From NCBI GenBank assembly GCA_038883335.1, contig JAVZMI010000006.1:16811-80810 (forward strand): DNA of 64,000 bases. The letters run 5' to 3'. Both the position numbers and the translations under genes were made by a program. Source of the stretch: Candidatus Bathyarchaeia archaeon (GTDB lineage Archaea > Thermoproteota > Bathyarchaeia > Hecatellales > Hecatellaceae). Below the pieces are notes generated by a model. It saw nothing but the letters and a program-made list of their open reading frames with translations. It searched no databases and was not told the DNA's origin. This document shows, piece by piece, positions 18,577-27,584 of this stretch (positions are counted from its first letter, which is position 1; each line of letters begins with the position of its first letter).

Positions 18577-19668
18577 CTACCTGTCTATATCCAGCGGCCA
18601 GAGGTCGAGACTCCAGAGTATGGCTGGAACGTCCGCGTAGGGGACGCCTCTACATAGATGGGCTAGTGCTTCCAAGTTTCTGAATGACGGTGTGCTCATC
18701 TTCAACCGGTAAGGACGATTGGATCCGTCGCCGACAAGATAATATCCAAGCTCCCCCCTAGCTGACTCAACCCGGCTATAGACCTCACCAACTGGAGCTG
18801 AAGGTGGCGCCGGAGACTTAATTGGCCCTTCGGGTAACGCGGAGAGAGCTTGTCTAATTATCGAGACGCTCTGCTCCATCTCCCTGAGCCTTACCAGAGA
18901 GCGATCGTAAGAGTCTCCAACTGCGCCCACAGGCACCTCGAAATCGAACCGATCGTAGACGCCATACGGCTCATCCTTTCGAACATCGACCTTTAGACCC
19001 GAGCCCCTAAGGTTAGGCCCAGCTATACCAAGCCTCACAGCCTCCTCAAGTCGAAGTTTGCCTACACCTCTAGTTCTGATCTGAAAGGTGTAACTCTCAT
19101 AGAGCATTTCATAGTATACCTTCAGCCGCTCCTCAAAATAACTCAATCTCTTTAGAGCTTGCTCTGTAAAGCCCCGAGGGAGGTCTTTACGGATGCCACC
19201 CGGTACAAAAAATGAGTATGTCACCCTTGCGCCGGTATGCATCTCAAGAAGGTCGAGGAATAGCTCCCTATCGTTTATGGGCCACATGAGCATAGTTTCA
19301 AGTCCTACCGAGGTTGACATAAGGCAAAGCCAGTAGAGGTGGCTTGTAATTCTGCTTAGTTCAGCCATAATAACCCGTATAAACTCAGCTCGCTCAGGAA
19401 CCTTTACGCCCATAAGCTCCTCGGCAGCAGCTACATACCCCCAGACCACGTGTACAGGGTCGATTATGTTCGCCCTCTCAAGGGGCGGAATTATGTTCAT
19501 GTATGTGCGGTTCTCCGCGATCTTCTCTATGCCCCGATGTGTATAACCTACATCTGGCTCCACGCCTACAACAATATCACCGTCGACATCGAGGACTACA
19601 CAGAGGTGCCCGCTGATTGGATGTTGAGGGCCGAGCTTTACACGCATAACCGCCAAAAGAAACCTCAC
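18577..19668 (-). CDS. nuoD: Complex I subunit NuoD
   Basis: Motifs seen: LGPQHP, RGIEKIAENRTY, RITSHLYWL, and the C-terminal DIDR. GTG start overlapping the nuoC stop (GTGA). Confidence 0.9.
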   Translation of the reverse strand: MRFLLAVMRVKLGPQHPISGHLCVVLDVDGDIVVGVEPDVGYTHRGIEKIAENRTYMNIIPPLERANIIDPVHVVWGYVAAAEELMGVKVPERAEFIRVIMAELSRITSHLYWLCLMSTSVGLETMLMWPINDRELFLDLLEMHTGARVTYSFFVPGGIRKDLPRGFTEQALKRLSYFEERLKVYYEMLYESYTFQIRTRGVGKLRLEEAVRLGIAGPNLRGSGLKVDVRKDEPYGVYDRFDFEVPVGAVGDSYDRSLVRLREMEQSVSIIRQALSALPEGPIKSPAPPSAPVGEVYSRVESARGELGYYLVGDGSNRPYRLKMSTPSFRNLEALAHLCRGVPYADVPAILWSLDLWPLDIDR

Positions 19669-20141
19669 CCCTGAGGTCCGGTTGGCAACTTGAAGTCCTT
19701 TCTGAGTGGGTAACCCTTATCCCAGCCTTCTGGAAGCAGAAGCCCTTTAAGGTTCGGATGACCTTCGAACTCTAATCCAAGCATCTCATAGGTCTCCCGC
19801 TCATGAAGGTTAGCGCTCTCCCAAACCTGAGAGAGCGTGTCTATCCGTGGTTGATCCTTTGGTACAGCAGTCTTTAATGCTAGCAATATCTTGCCTGAAA
19901 TCGACCAAACGTGATATATAACCTCAAACTCATTTCTGGCAGGGTAATCTACACCAGTGACGGATACTGCGTAATCAAAGCCAAGACTCTCTTTAAGGAA
20001 GGAAGCAACCTCAACCAGCCCCTCTCTCATCACCTTAACCTCTACTCTGTACTTTCTCTGGACTTTAGCCTCAAGAACAACTTCAGGGAAGCTCTTTCGA
20101 AGCTCTTCTACCAAGCTCACCTCGCGAGTGACAGCCTCCAT
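19665..20141 (-). CDS. nuoC: Complex I subunit NuoC
   Basis: 158 aa. The ANLHERETYEMLGLEFEGHPNL motif is typical of NuoC. Confidence 0.85.
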   Translation of the reverse strand: MEAVTREVSLVEELRKSFPEVVLEAKVQRKYRVEVKVMREGLVEVASFLKESLGFDYAVSVTGVDYPARNEFEVIYHVWSISGKILLALKTAVPKDQPRIDTLSQVWESANLHERETYEMLGLEFEGHPNLKGLLLPEGWDKGYPLRKDFKLPTGPQG

Positions 20142-20148
20142 TAAACAG

Positions 20149-20625
20149 TTACCCCTTAGACTGATTCGATTGGATTTTCTTCTGCAGCATCATTATGCCT
20201 TGAATGAACGCTTCAGGCCGCGGTGGGCATCCTGGTACATACACGTCTACTGGGACGATCTTGTCTACTCCCTGAACTACACAGTAAGAGTCCCACCATA
20301 AACCCCCAGATATGGCACAGTCACCTAGAGCTATCACATACTTCGGGTCAGGCATCTGGTCATAAACCAGCCTAACCCTTTTCGCCATTTTATTGGATAC
20401 AACACCCAAGATGAAGAGGAGGTCACACTGCCTAGCCGCTGGGAATGGTAGAGTACCAAATCTCTCAGCATCAAACCGGGAGCAGGAGACAGCCATAAGC
20501 TCAGGGCTACAACAGCCAGTACAGAGGTGGACAGACCAGAGTGACCAAGCGCGACCCCATCCCAAGATCTTATTCTTGTAGACCTTAAAGGTCTCCATGC
20601 CTTTATCTAAGATGTTCAACCCCAA
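20149..20625 (-). CDS. nuoB: Complex I subunit NuoB
   Basis: Motifs seen: CCSPELMAV, RFDAERFG, YDQMPDPKYVIALGDCAISGG, PVDVYVPGCPPRPEA. The start is a TTG at 20625 or an ATG at 20598. Confidence 0.9.
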   Translation of the reverse strand: MGLNILDKGMETFKVYKNKILGWGRAWSLWSVHLCTGCCSPELMAVSCSRFDAERFGTLPFPAARQCDLLFILGVVSNKMAKRVRLVYDQMPDPKYVIALGDCAISGGLWWDSYCVVQGVDKIVPVDVYVPGCPPRPEAFIQGIMMLQKKIQSNQSKG

Positions 20626-20999
20626 ATCTTACACCTGACTGAGCGTAGGGAGATTACTGCACTAACTAGGGCTAGGGCGAGTATAGCTACGAATGCCAAG
20701 ATAACGCCCGCCGCGTCACCGCCCATCCTAGCGATCGCGGTGAGTGCTGGTGCAGTTAAGAGTAGGAATACTGCCATAGCGCCGAAGATTGCATAGATCA
20801 TCGCGTAGGGGTAATATTGGATGGTGAAACGCGTGTGGGCACTGCCTTCGGGAGGATGCCCGCACTCGAAGGTCATATTCTTTTTTGGATTCGGGTTTGA
20901 AGGGCCGAGGACCTTTCCAGCTAATACGAGTGAGAGGGGGAAGATTACCATAATCAAAACATAGACACCTAACCCCAACACGTCGGGTGTTTGAACCAT
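20616..20999 (-). CDS. nuoA: Complex I subunit NuoA
   Basis: 127 aa, 3 TM segments, FECGHPPEGSAHTRFTIQYYPYAMIYAIF motif. First gene of the operon, below an AT-rich 277-bp intergenic region. Confidence 0.85.
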   Translation of the reverse strand: MVQTPDVLGLGVYVLIMVIFPLSLVLAGKVLGPSNPNPKKNMTFECGHPPEGSAHTRFTIQYYPYAMIYAIFGAMAVFLLLTAPALTAIARMGGDAAGVILAFVAILALALVSAVISLRSVRCKIWG

Positions 21000-21276
21000 G
21001 TCACCATCCCAAGCTGTTTATACTTTTGTTTTATCTCCTACCAGTTATTTTTAAATTTAAATTTCCTTGATTGAGATGATGGCAGCGGCGTTAGGCTAAC
21101 CCTAGTGATATATTAAATATAAACTTTATGTAGAAACTTATTGTCATATATATGAGCCTATAGATCTACGGTGGAGTCTCCGCCTTTGTAATTTATGTTG
21201 CAGTGTTACATCCGATATTCTCTAAGCGTGAAACCAGTCTAAAGAGCTCATCAAAATATATAATCATACAGCAGTT

Positions 21277-22974
21277 TCAACAAAGCCTCTTCAAGAGACT
21301 ACGAGCTTCCAACAGGACGCTGGGGATGACGAGGGGCACAAATTTATTCACGTAAAGGTGGGAGGTAATTTTCTTGACATGATCTTTAGAGCCACCACCA
21401 GCGATATAGCCCTCAGAGAAACTGGAGATTATATCGTCAATTCCTTTCATCGGATCTGTTGGTAGTGCGTAGTGTGCCGAGTAATATACGAACTCGGCTA
21501 GATCCCAGGGCTTATTTCCACCCTTCCCAGCCTGTTCTAAATCTACGAAGTAGATCCTCCCATCCTCACAAGCTACAATGTTCTCAGGCTTGTTATCTCC
21601 GATAGTGAAATCAACGCTGTGAATCTCAGCCAACGTCTTCCCAGCTCTCCAAAGTATAGACTTCACATCATCAGCGATCGCGCCACTTCTAATTACGCCT
21701 TTTATAAGTTTGTCAAGCCGTTGACCGTCGATGAATTCCTTGAAAAGTAGAGACCTATTCCAGCTTACACGCAAGATTGATGGTGTAGCGAACTTATGCT
21801 CCCTAAGGTAAAGGCTTGCTGCACACTCGCGGGCGAGTCTAGACTTAGCTCTGACGGAAAAGTTCTGAGCGCCTATAGCCCACATGGCTATGGGTAGCCA
21901 TTTGAAATCCGCCCACTCTTCAAACTTTTTTACGACTACCCGTGAGACTCCGTCATCCCGAAATAAAAGTAGATATACATTATTAAGCACCCCTCCCAGC
22001 TTCCTGATTTCGACGGCTTTGCCGCTGAATGCGCCCTCTCTCTCAACGTAATCTTCTATGGATGTTTCATCGCAGAGCCTTATGAAACCGTCTTTTGATG
22101 GCAATATGAGGAACCGTTTAGGGTCAAGTATTTCGCCTTCAGCAGCCTTTTCTGAGAGCCTCAACTCAAAGCCTATCTCGGATATTAATTCCCTCAACAA
22201 ATCGAGTGGAGAGGTTACTCCGGCGTAACCCCGAAATATTCGGCTACGCAAAACCTTTTCAAGCGATTTTATGAGAGCTACTTTTGGGAAACGTTTACTT
22301 AAGCATTGGGTCACGAAATCCTCTTTGACCTTCACCAGATCGCCGAGAAAAGTTATTTTCCCCTCGCCCTCAAGCTCCTTCAGGGCTACTTTATATCCCT
22401 CCTCAACTTGGGAGAGACAGGTATCGCGCTCATTACCGCTGAGCGACCTGTAGAAGCCCCACCACATGGCCGGGTGCATCTTTAACCTCCTCGCGATCTC
22501 ATCGAATACGAAAAACCTATTCTCGATTAGAATCTCACCCGCGAGACTGGAGTATTCCTTTACCAGGTTTTCGATGCTTCTAAGGATTATTTCCTTCTTT
22601 AACCTAATTTCTTTCTCCTTAAGGTAGGATGGGTTCTTAAGGGGGATATAGGGTAGCGATAGCCATCCAGCTGCGAGCTCGCCAAGCGTTGCCCCGGTAA
22701 CATCCTCCTCAAAAAGAACACGGTCAACTTGCAGAACTCTAATTCTGGAGCCTTCCAATTTATGGTGGGCGATTTTTATGCCCCTCAAAAAATCCTCGAG
22801 TACCACTAGAAGCAGGTTATCAGTTCCCAAACCTTGAAGACTCTCTGAGCCAATTAGGCAGACGGCGACTATCTTAGATGGGGCTGATAGACTCTGACAT
22901 AGTGATTCAATCTTTGATTGGAGTTGTTGATCCATGGTATGCGGCAAGCCCTTTTGAAAGAGCCGAAAGACCAT
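21277..22974 (-). CDS. Two-part protein: an N-terminal nucleotidyltransferase-like region and a C-terminal RIO/Bud32-like atypical protein kinase fold
   Basis: N-terminus: VCLIGSESLQGLGTDNLLLVVLED (pol-beta NTase-like GS...D.D pattern). C-terminus: VVKKFEE (VAIK-like Lys), IHSVDFTIGDNKPENIV (catalytic-loop-like D..K..N), YFVDLEQAG (the metal-binding D as in RIO 'IDxxQA'). Confidence 0.5.
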   Translation of the reverse strand: MVFRLFQKGLPHTMDQQLQSKIESLCQSLSAPSKIVAVCLIGSESLQGLGTDNLLLVVLEDFLRGIKIAHHKLEGSRIRVLQVDRVLFEEDVTGATLGELAAGWLSLPYIPLKNPSYLKEKEIRLKKEIILRSIENLVKEYSSLAGEILIENRFFVFDEIARRLKMHPAMWWGFYRSLSGNERDTCLSQVEEGYKVALKELEGEGKITFLGDLVKVKEDFVTQCLSKRFPKVALIKSLEKVLRSRIFRGYAGVTSPLDLLRELISEIGFELRLSEKAAEGEILDPKRFLILPSKDGFIRLCDETSIEDYVEREGAFSGKAVEIRKLGGVLNNVYLLLFRDDGVSRVVVKKFEEWADFKWLPIAMWAIGAQNFSVRAKSRLARECAASLYLREHKFATPSILRVSWNRSLLFKEFIDGQRLDKLIKGVIRSGAIADDVKSILWRAGKTLAEIHSVDFTIGDNKPENIVACEDGRIYFVDLEQAGKGGNKPWDLAEFVYYSAHYALPTDPMKGIDDIISSFSEGYIAGGGSKDHVKKITSHLYVNKFVPLVIPSVLLEARSLLKRLC

Positions 22975-23033
22975 TAGGAGGGTTACCTCTCGGCTGTGAT
23001 AAACCTTCCCCAGCAGTAGGAAGAGATATCACC

Positions 23034-23756
23034 CTAACCTTGGGGGAGGTAAAACTCAAAGAGACAACTCTGGCTTTCAGGCCTCTTATGCAACCTCTGG
23101 AAAGCTACAGTCTCCTTCAAGTTCCCAAGGAGAGAATTTACTAGGGATATGCAACTCTTCTCGCACCAGTCGTTGTAAACTTTGTATATGGGGCAGTTTA
23201 CACCTACTCTGACTTTTCCATCCTTCTTCTCGACTTGTAGAAGCTCCTTCAACTCAATAGAGGTTAGGAAGGGCAGTCGAGCATTCTCTAGAAAACTCTC
23301 AAGCTCTCCGATGCTCAGCTTCCTCGGCAAACCGCTATTAATTAGGGCTCTGGCGAACGAGTTGGCACTTAAGCTCTTCCATTCCGTCAAGGTTTTAGGG
23401 GGCTCTAGCTTAATTCTCAGACAGCCCTCTGGCGGCTCCCTCTCACTATATTCGATGCGGAATTTTTTGAGCAAATCCAGTATCCAAGGGTGGCCCGGCC
23501 GACTTGGTTCATTGGCATGTTCCGCGTAGATCCACCTCAATTCAACCTCTGAGTGTAAACAGCCGTCCTCATAGCCGCGAATGTGCAACTGCCATACATC
23601 ATCAAGTTCCTTAGATAACCCGAAGACTTGTCTTCCCTTAACCAGTTGCGGTGGTTCAGTAAAACCACAGTCCCTGAGGTTCCTCTCGAATCTAGCTAAA
23701 TCCTCCATCCGAATCTTGAAACAGTCACAGCGCTCAGCCGTTGAAGTGAACTCCAC
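23034..23756 (-). CDS. Hypothetical protein
   Basis: 240-aa ORF with no recognisable motif. It is co-directional with the flanking methyltransferase and kinase-like genes. Confidence 0.5.
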   Translation of the reverse strand: MEFTSTAERCDCFKIRMEDLARFERNLRDCGFTEPPQLVKGRQVFGLSKELDDVWQLHIRGYEDGCLHSEVELRWIYAEHANEPSRPGHPWILDLLKKFRIEYSEREPPEGCLRIKLEPPKTLTEWKSLSANSFARALINSGLPRKLSIGELESFLENARLPFLTSIELKELLQVEKKDGKVRVGVNCPIYKVYNDWCEKSCISLVNSLLGNLKETVAFQRLHKRPESQSCLFEFYLPQG

Positions 23757-23798
23757 TATTTAGCACCACCGCAATAAGTATGCATTGGTTTAGGTCTG

Positions 23799-24260
23799 TC
23801 AGGATTTACCTTTAACATATAGGTAAAGGGTATGGCATCCCATGTTCTCAACTTTGACAGGCTTCCACTTTGAGATCTCATAATCGTGAGATACCACCCT
23901 CGCCCCGTCCCTAAGTTCTTTCTCCAGCTTTGGCCTCACATGCTCGTTAGCCGAGGTTGTTAAGAATAAGGTCACAATATCAGCTTCGCCTATAGGCTCT
24001 TCAAGCATATCTCCACAAAGGATGAAGATTCTATCCTCGAGCCCAAGCTTCCTTATCGCCTCTCTTGCCATCTTGACAAGATCCTCTCTGATCTCTATCC
24101 CTACAGCCTTCTTTACATTGAATTGCTGAACGGCGGCCAATAAAATTCTACCATCGCCAGCTCCGAGATCAAAGAGAGTTTCACCCGCTCGCACCTCTGC
24201 GAGCTCCAACATCCTCTTTACCACCTCAGGAGGTGACGAGATAAAAGGTACGTACACCAC
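23799..24260 (-). CDS. Small class I SAM-dependent methyltransferase
   Basis: Motif I is LFDLGAGDGRILLAA, followed by an acidic post-I residue (GIEIRED) and CGDMLE. Confidence 0.75.
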   Translation of the reverse strand: MVYVPFISSPPEVVKRMLELAEVRAGETLFDLGAGDGRILLAAVQQFNVKKAVGIEIREDLVKMAREAIRKLGLEDRIFILCGDMLEEPIGEADIVTLFLTTSANEHVRPKLEKELRDGARVVSHDYEISKWKPVKVENMGCHTLYLYVKGKS

Positions 24261-24364
24261 GGTTTGTCACTCTAATTTATCTTAAATCCTTAAAGCGGCG
24301 ACTATTAAAAGTTCCCCAGCCATTTTACGGAAACAATATAAACCACTCTATTTATCCCCTGCTT

Positions 24365-24664
24365 ATGGGTTCGAGAGTGAGAGACATAATAACGCCATAT
24401 TATTGCAGTCTAGCGCTAATGTTATGTAAGCGAGCAAGAGAGATGTTGCAAGATGAGACGGCGTACTCTCAAGCCTCCCAGTTGTGTAATTTCATCTCCA
24501 CCCTCTGCGTGGAGAGTGAGCTTGATGAGTGCCACAAAGAGTCCAGTCTCTGCTCATCTGTCGCAAACTACTGCTTAGACGAGTCGAGAAGGAAGGAGAC
24601 AAGGGAAACCTGCAATATTGCAAAGAAACTTTGCCCTAAGAATTATCTAATTGACGGGAGTTGA
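24365..24664 (+). CDS. Small cysteine-rich helical protein (possible metal-binding helical bundle)
   Basis: 99 aa with 9 Cys, mostly 7 residues apart (C14/C21, C41/C48/C56/C63/C70, C83/C90). Each sits in an xxLCxx context. Confidence 0.45.
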   Translation: MGSRVRDIITPYYCSLALMLCKRAREMLQDETAYSQASQLCNFISTLCVESELDECHKESSLCSSVANYCLDESRRKETRETCNIAKKLCPKNYLIDGS

Positions 24665-25439
24665 TTTGAGGATGCCCGCGTGGGTAGAGATCTGTGTGCT
24701 CAATGAACCCGATTTAGAAAACCCAACATTGATCCAAGGTTTGCCCGGGCTTGGGTTCGTGGGGAAGATAGCTGTAGACTATTTGATTGAGGAACTTAAA
24801 CCTAAGAGCTTCGCTGAGCTGTACTCCACTTATCTTGCCATGCCTGATGGGAGCCTTGGAATTCAAGTAAACTCGGATGGCACATATACTCTCCCAAAGT
24901 TTGAGTTTTACGCCTACACACACTCTAAACCTCATCTGATCCTTCTAACGGGGAACATGCAACCGGTAGCATCTGGCCAGTATGAGGTAATGGACAGTAT
25001 TCTTGATTTCGTCCAGAGGTATGGGTGTAAACGGGTCATAGCAGTTGGCGGTTTTCGAACCCATACCGAGCAGATGTTAGGTCAAGTTTATGGCGTTTTC
25101 AGCGATGAGAGGACTGCTAAGGAGGTATGCAGTCTAGGTGTCTCTGCTAGTAGAGGAGGTTCGGTAACCGGTGCTTGTGGACTCATCTTAGGTTTGGGGT
25201 GGAGGAGGAAACTCAACTGTATAGGTTTGCTTGGAGCTACGAAGGGGGAGTATCCTGATGCACTTGCAGCTAAGGCGGTAATAGACGTTGTAGCCAGGCT
25301 GGTGGGACTCCAGATAAACTTCCGCCGGTTGGATGATGAGATAGAGAATCTGCGAGCAAAGTTAGAGATCATCAACAAACTTCAGAGCGCCAGCCTTAAA
25401 AAAGTTCTAAGAGACGAGAAGGAGTCATTCTACGTGTAG
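24651..25439 (+). CDS. PAC2-family protein (archaeal proteasome-assembly-chaperone-like, PbaA/B type)
   Basis: The N-terminal LIQGLPGLGFVGKIAVDYLIEEL is characteristic of the PAC2/COG1938 family. It has a C-terminal helical tail. The likely true start is MPAWVEI at 24672. Confidence 0.6.
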   Translation: MTGVDLRMPAWVEICVLNEPDLENPTLIQGLPGLGFVGKIAVDYLIEELKPKSFAELYSTYLAMPDGSLGIQVNSDGTYTLPKFEFYAYTHSKPHLILLTGNMQPVASGQYEVMDSILDFVQRYGCKRVIAVGGFRTHTEQMLGQVYGVFSDERTAKEVCSLGVSASRGGSVTGACGLILGLGWRRKLNCIGLLGATKGEYPDALAAKAVIDVVARLVGLQINFRRLDDEIENLRAKLEIINKLQSASLKKVLRDEKESFYV

Positions 25440-25504
25440 TCTACTAGGGCTAAGCTGAAACTCCACTCCTAATACGTGTCAGGCTTGACTGAGGTGGATC
25501 AGGA

Positions 25505-26653
25505 TTGTATGAGTTGTCGAAAGAAGAAATGCGGTTGATGGCCGAATCTTTGGTAACTCGTTCTATGCGAATAGGGAGGAAACCTGACGGCGGCCACGAG
25601 TCGGTTAGGATAACCTATAATTCTACGGACCCCAGCTGTGAGGAGTTCGCATTCATGGTGGAAGAGGAGTGCTGGAAAGTCGGCGCTCACACCCTACTGG
25701 TTCCTTACCGCTCATCAAGAGAGAGAACCCGCTACATCCTAACTCCTGAGGACTCTCTGAAAGAGATGAGCCCTCTCGCTAAGGCTATAGCTAAAACTGT
25801 CGACGTCACCGTTTTCATAGGAGAGCAGGACAACCCACGTTGGTCCTATGACCTAGGAGAAAAAGTTAGGCTCACAGGTCCCATAAGACAAAAGCTCAGG
25901 GAGATCTTAGACCGTAGGAGAGTTAGGTGGGTATACTTCGGGTGGCCTATACCCGGGGCGGCGGAGGGGTACGGATGTGAGATCGGAGAGTTCAGGCGAA
26001 TATTCTTTAACAGCATACGGAGTTCCTTCTCCGAAGAGGTAAGACGACTCTGCGAGTATTATAGGGCTGCCTTAGAGGTGTGCCATGTCGTGTTGATAGA
26101 GGCGGAAGACTCGACCAAGTTAAGCTTGAGAGTTGAGGGCAGACCTATTCTTGTAGACAACGGGGTGATTTCGGAGGACGATGTGGCAAAGGGAGATGTA
26201 GGGTTGAATATACCCACAGGGGAAGTCTTCGTAGCCCCCATCGAAACCTCGGCTGATGGCGTTATCCTGTTCGACGTTGTGGCCGTCCCTGGATTCGGCA
26301 AAATTAAGGGTCTACGATTAAAGTTCTCTGGTGGGAAGGTTGTAGACTACGACGCCGAAGAGGGGCGGGATGTCTTCAAGCGGTTCCTCGACGCTAACAC
26401 TGGAGAAAAAGATCGAATAGCCGAGTTAGGCATTGGATGCAACCCCGGCGCCGATTATACGGGTGGATGCATAATAGTTGACGAGAAGATCTATAGAACT
26501 CTACACATAGCAATCGGAAGCAACACTGGCTCCTACCACGGGAAGAATAAGGCCTCCAGCCATCTTGACATGATCAAAGATATGCGGCGTGGCCGTCTAT
26601 ACTTTGACGGTAAGCTGGTAATGGAGAAGGGCGAGCCGATCAGGACGGTTTAG
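25505..26653 (+). CDS. M29-family (AmpS/PepS-type) aminopeptidase
   Basis: Motifs seen: NIPTGEVFVAPIE, ELGIGCNPGA, VDEKIYRTLHIAIGSN. Together they match the thermophilic metallo-aminopeptidase layout. Confidence 0.7.
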   Translation: MYELSKEEMRLMAESLVTRSMRIGRKPDGGHESVRITYNSTDPSCEEFAFMVEEECWKVGAHTLLVPYRSSRERTRYILTPEDSLKEMSPLAKAIAKTVDVTVFIGEQDNPRWSYDLGEKVRLTGPIRQKLREILDRRRVRWVYFGWPIPGAAEGYGCEIGEFRRIFFNSIRSSFSEEVRRLCEYYRAALEVCHVVLIEAEDSTKLSLRVEGRPILVDNGVISEDDVAKGDVGLNIPTGEVFVAPIETSADGVILFDVVAVPGFGKIKGLRLKFSGGKVVDYDAEEGRDVFKRFLDANTGEKDRIAELGIGCNPGADYTGGCIIVDEKIYRTLHIAIGSNTGSYHGKNKASSHLDMIKDMRRGRLYFDGKLVMEKGEPIRTV

Positions 26654-26655
26654 CC

Positions 26656-27495
26656 TCAGCTTACATAAGGCCAAATTATACGCTCCATACAAGTGTATAC
26701 GTTCATCCTTTGGCCCCTCACGAAGCCTATTAGCGTAATATGGGTCTTCTCGGCGGCATAGACTCCAGAGTATAGAGGGCATGCTACAGAAGCCACTATA
26801 GGTATGTCAGTTCGCGCCGCCTTCAACACAATATCTCCAGAGAGGCGGCCGGTGCTGACGAGCAAGCAACCCTGTAAATTAACTCTTACTAATAGTGCCC
26901 CCCCTATTGCTTTATCGACAGCCGTATGGCGCCCCACATCCTCCGCGAACGAGATGCACCTCCCATCTGCTGTGAATACTGCTGCAGCATGCACTCCCCC
27001 AGTTGCCTTGAAGGTAAGACACCGCCGGTTAAGCTCTCTCAGCGCTTGGAGGATCATCCTTGGGTGAACTTTGAGGGCTGATGTAACCTTCGGCGCTGCC
27101 AAGTTGTCGAGCAGTTTAAGGAAAGAATCGAGAGAGTCGCAGGCGGCGTTAACAAATCTCGCTATCCCATACACCTTCGGTCCTAACTTGACATTCTTAG
27201 CTGTTTGAACCTTTACACACAGATCGTCCACTAAGATGTCTTGGATCTCCTCTATCGTTGTTATAATACCTTCATCCACTAAAAAACCCACCGCGAGTTC
27301 TTTCACTTTGACTGGAGAGGCAATTATAGTTGTGAGGTGTTCTCCATTGAGGTAAAGGTTGATAGGCCCCTCAACAACCACTACCTCAGCCTCCCTTCTA
27401 AATAGCTTGGTTCGCAGATTTAGCTTTAGGGCGTCAACTTTTCTAGTGGACAATTCTATCTCAACGAAGATCTTGTAGACGCCACTATTAAACAA
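26656..27495 (-). CDS. fdhD: FdhD-type sulfurtransferase (formate dehydrogenase accessory protein)
   Basis: Motifs seen: GGVHAAA, EDVGRHTAVDKAIG, SGRLSGDIVLKAARTDIPIVASVACP, LIGFVRGQRMNVY. Confidence 0.85.
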   Translation of the reverse strand: MFNSGVYKIFVEIELSTRKVDALKLNLRTKLFRREAEVVVVEGPINLYLNGEHLTTIIASPVKVKELAVGFLVDEGIITTIEEIQDILVDDLCVKVQTAKNVKLGPKVYGIARFVNAACDSLDSFLKLLDNLAAPKVTSALKVHPRMILQALRELNRRCLTFKATGGVHAAAVFTADGRCISFAEDVGRHTAVDKAIGGALLVRVNLQGCLLVSTGRLSGDIVLKAARTDIPIVASVACPLYSGVYAAEKTHITLIGFVRGQRMNVYTCMERIIWPYVS

Positions 27496-27584
27496 GTGCG
27501 GTGTAATAGAAGTGATAAAACTGCGAAATGAAACTCGCGCGCATAGATTCTGAGTTCAACGAAGGTGGGCGTCGAAACTGAATG

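Noticed and set aside
21000-21276. AT-rich 277-bp region upstream of nuoA as a possible origin or mobile-element scar.
   Set aside because: It contains several TATA-like boxes and no repeats. It is most simply the promoter region of the nuo operon plus the terminator of the convergent upstream gene.
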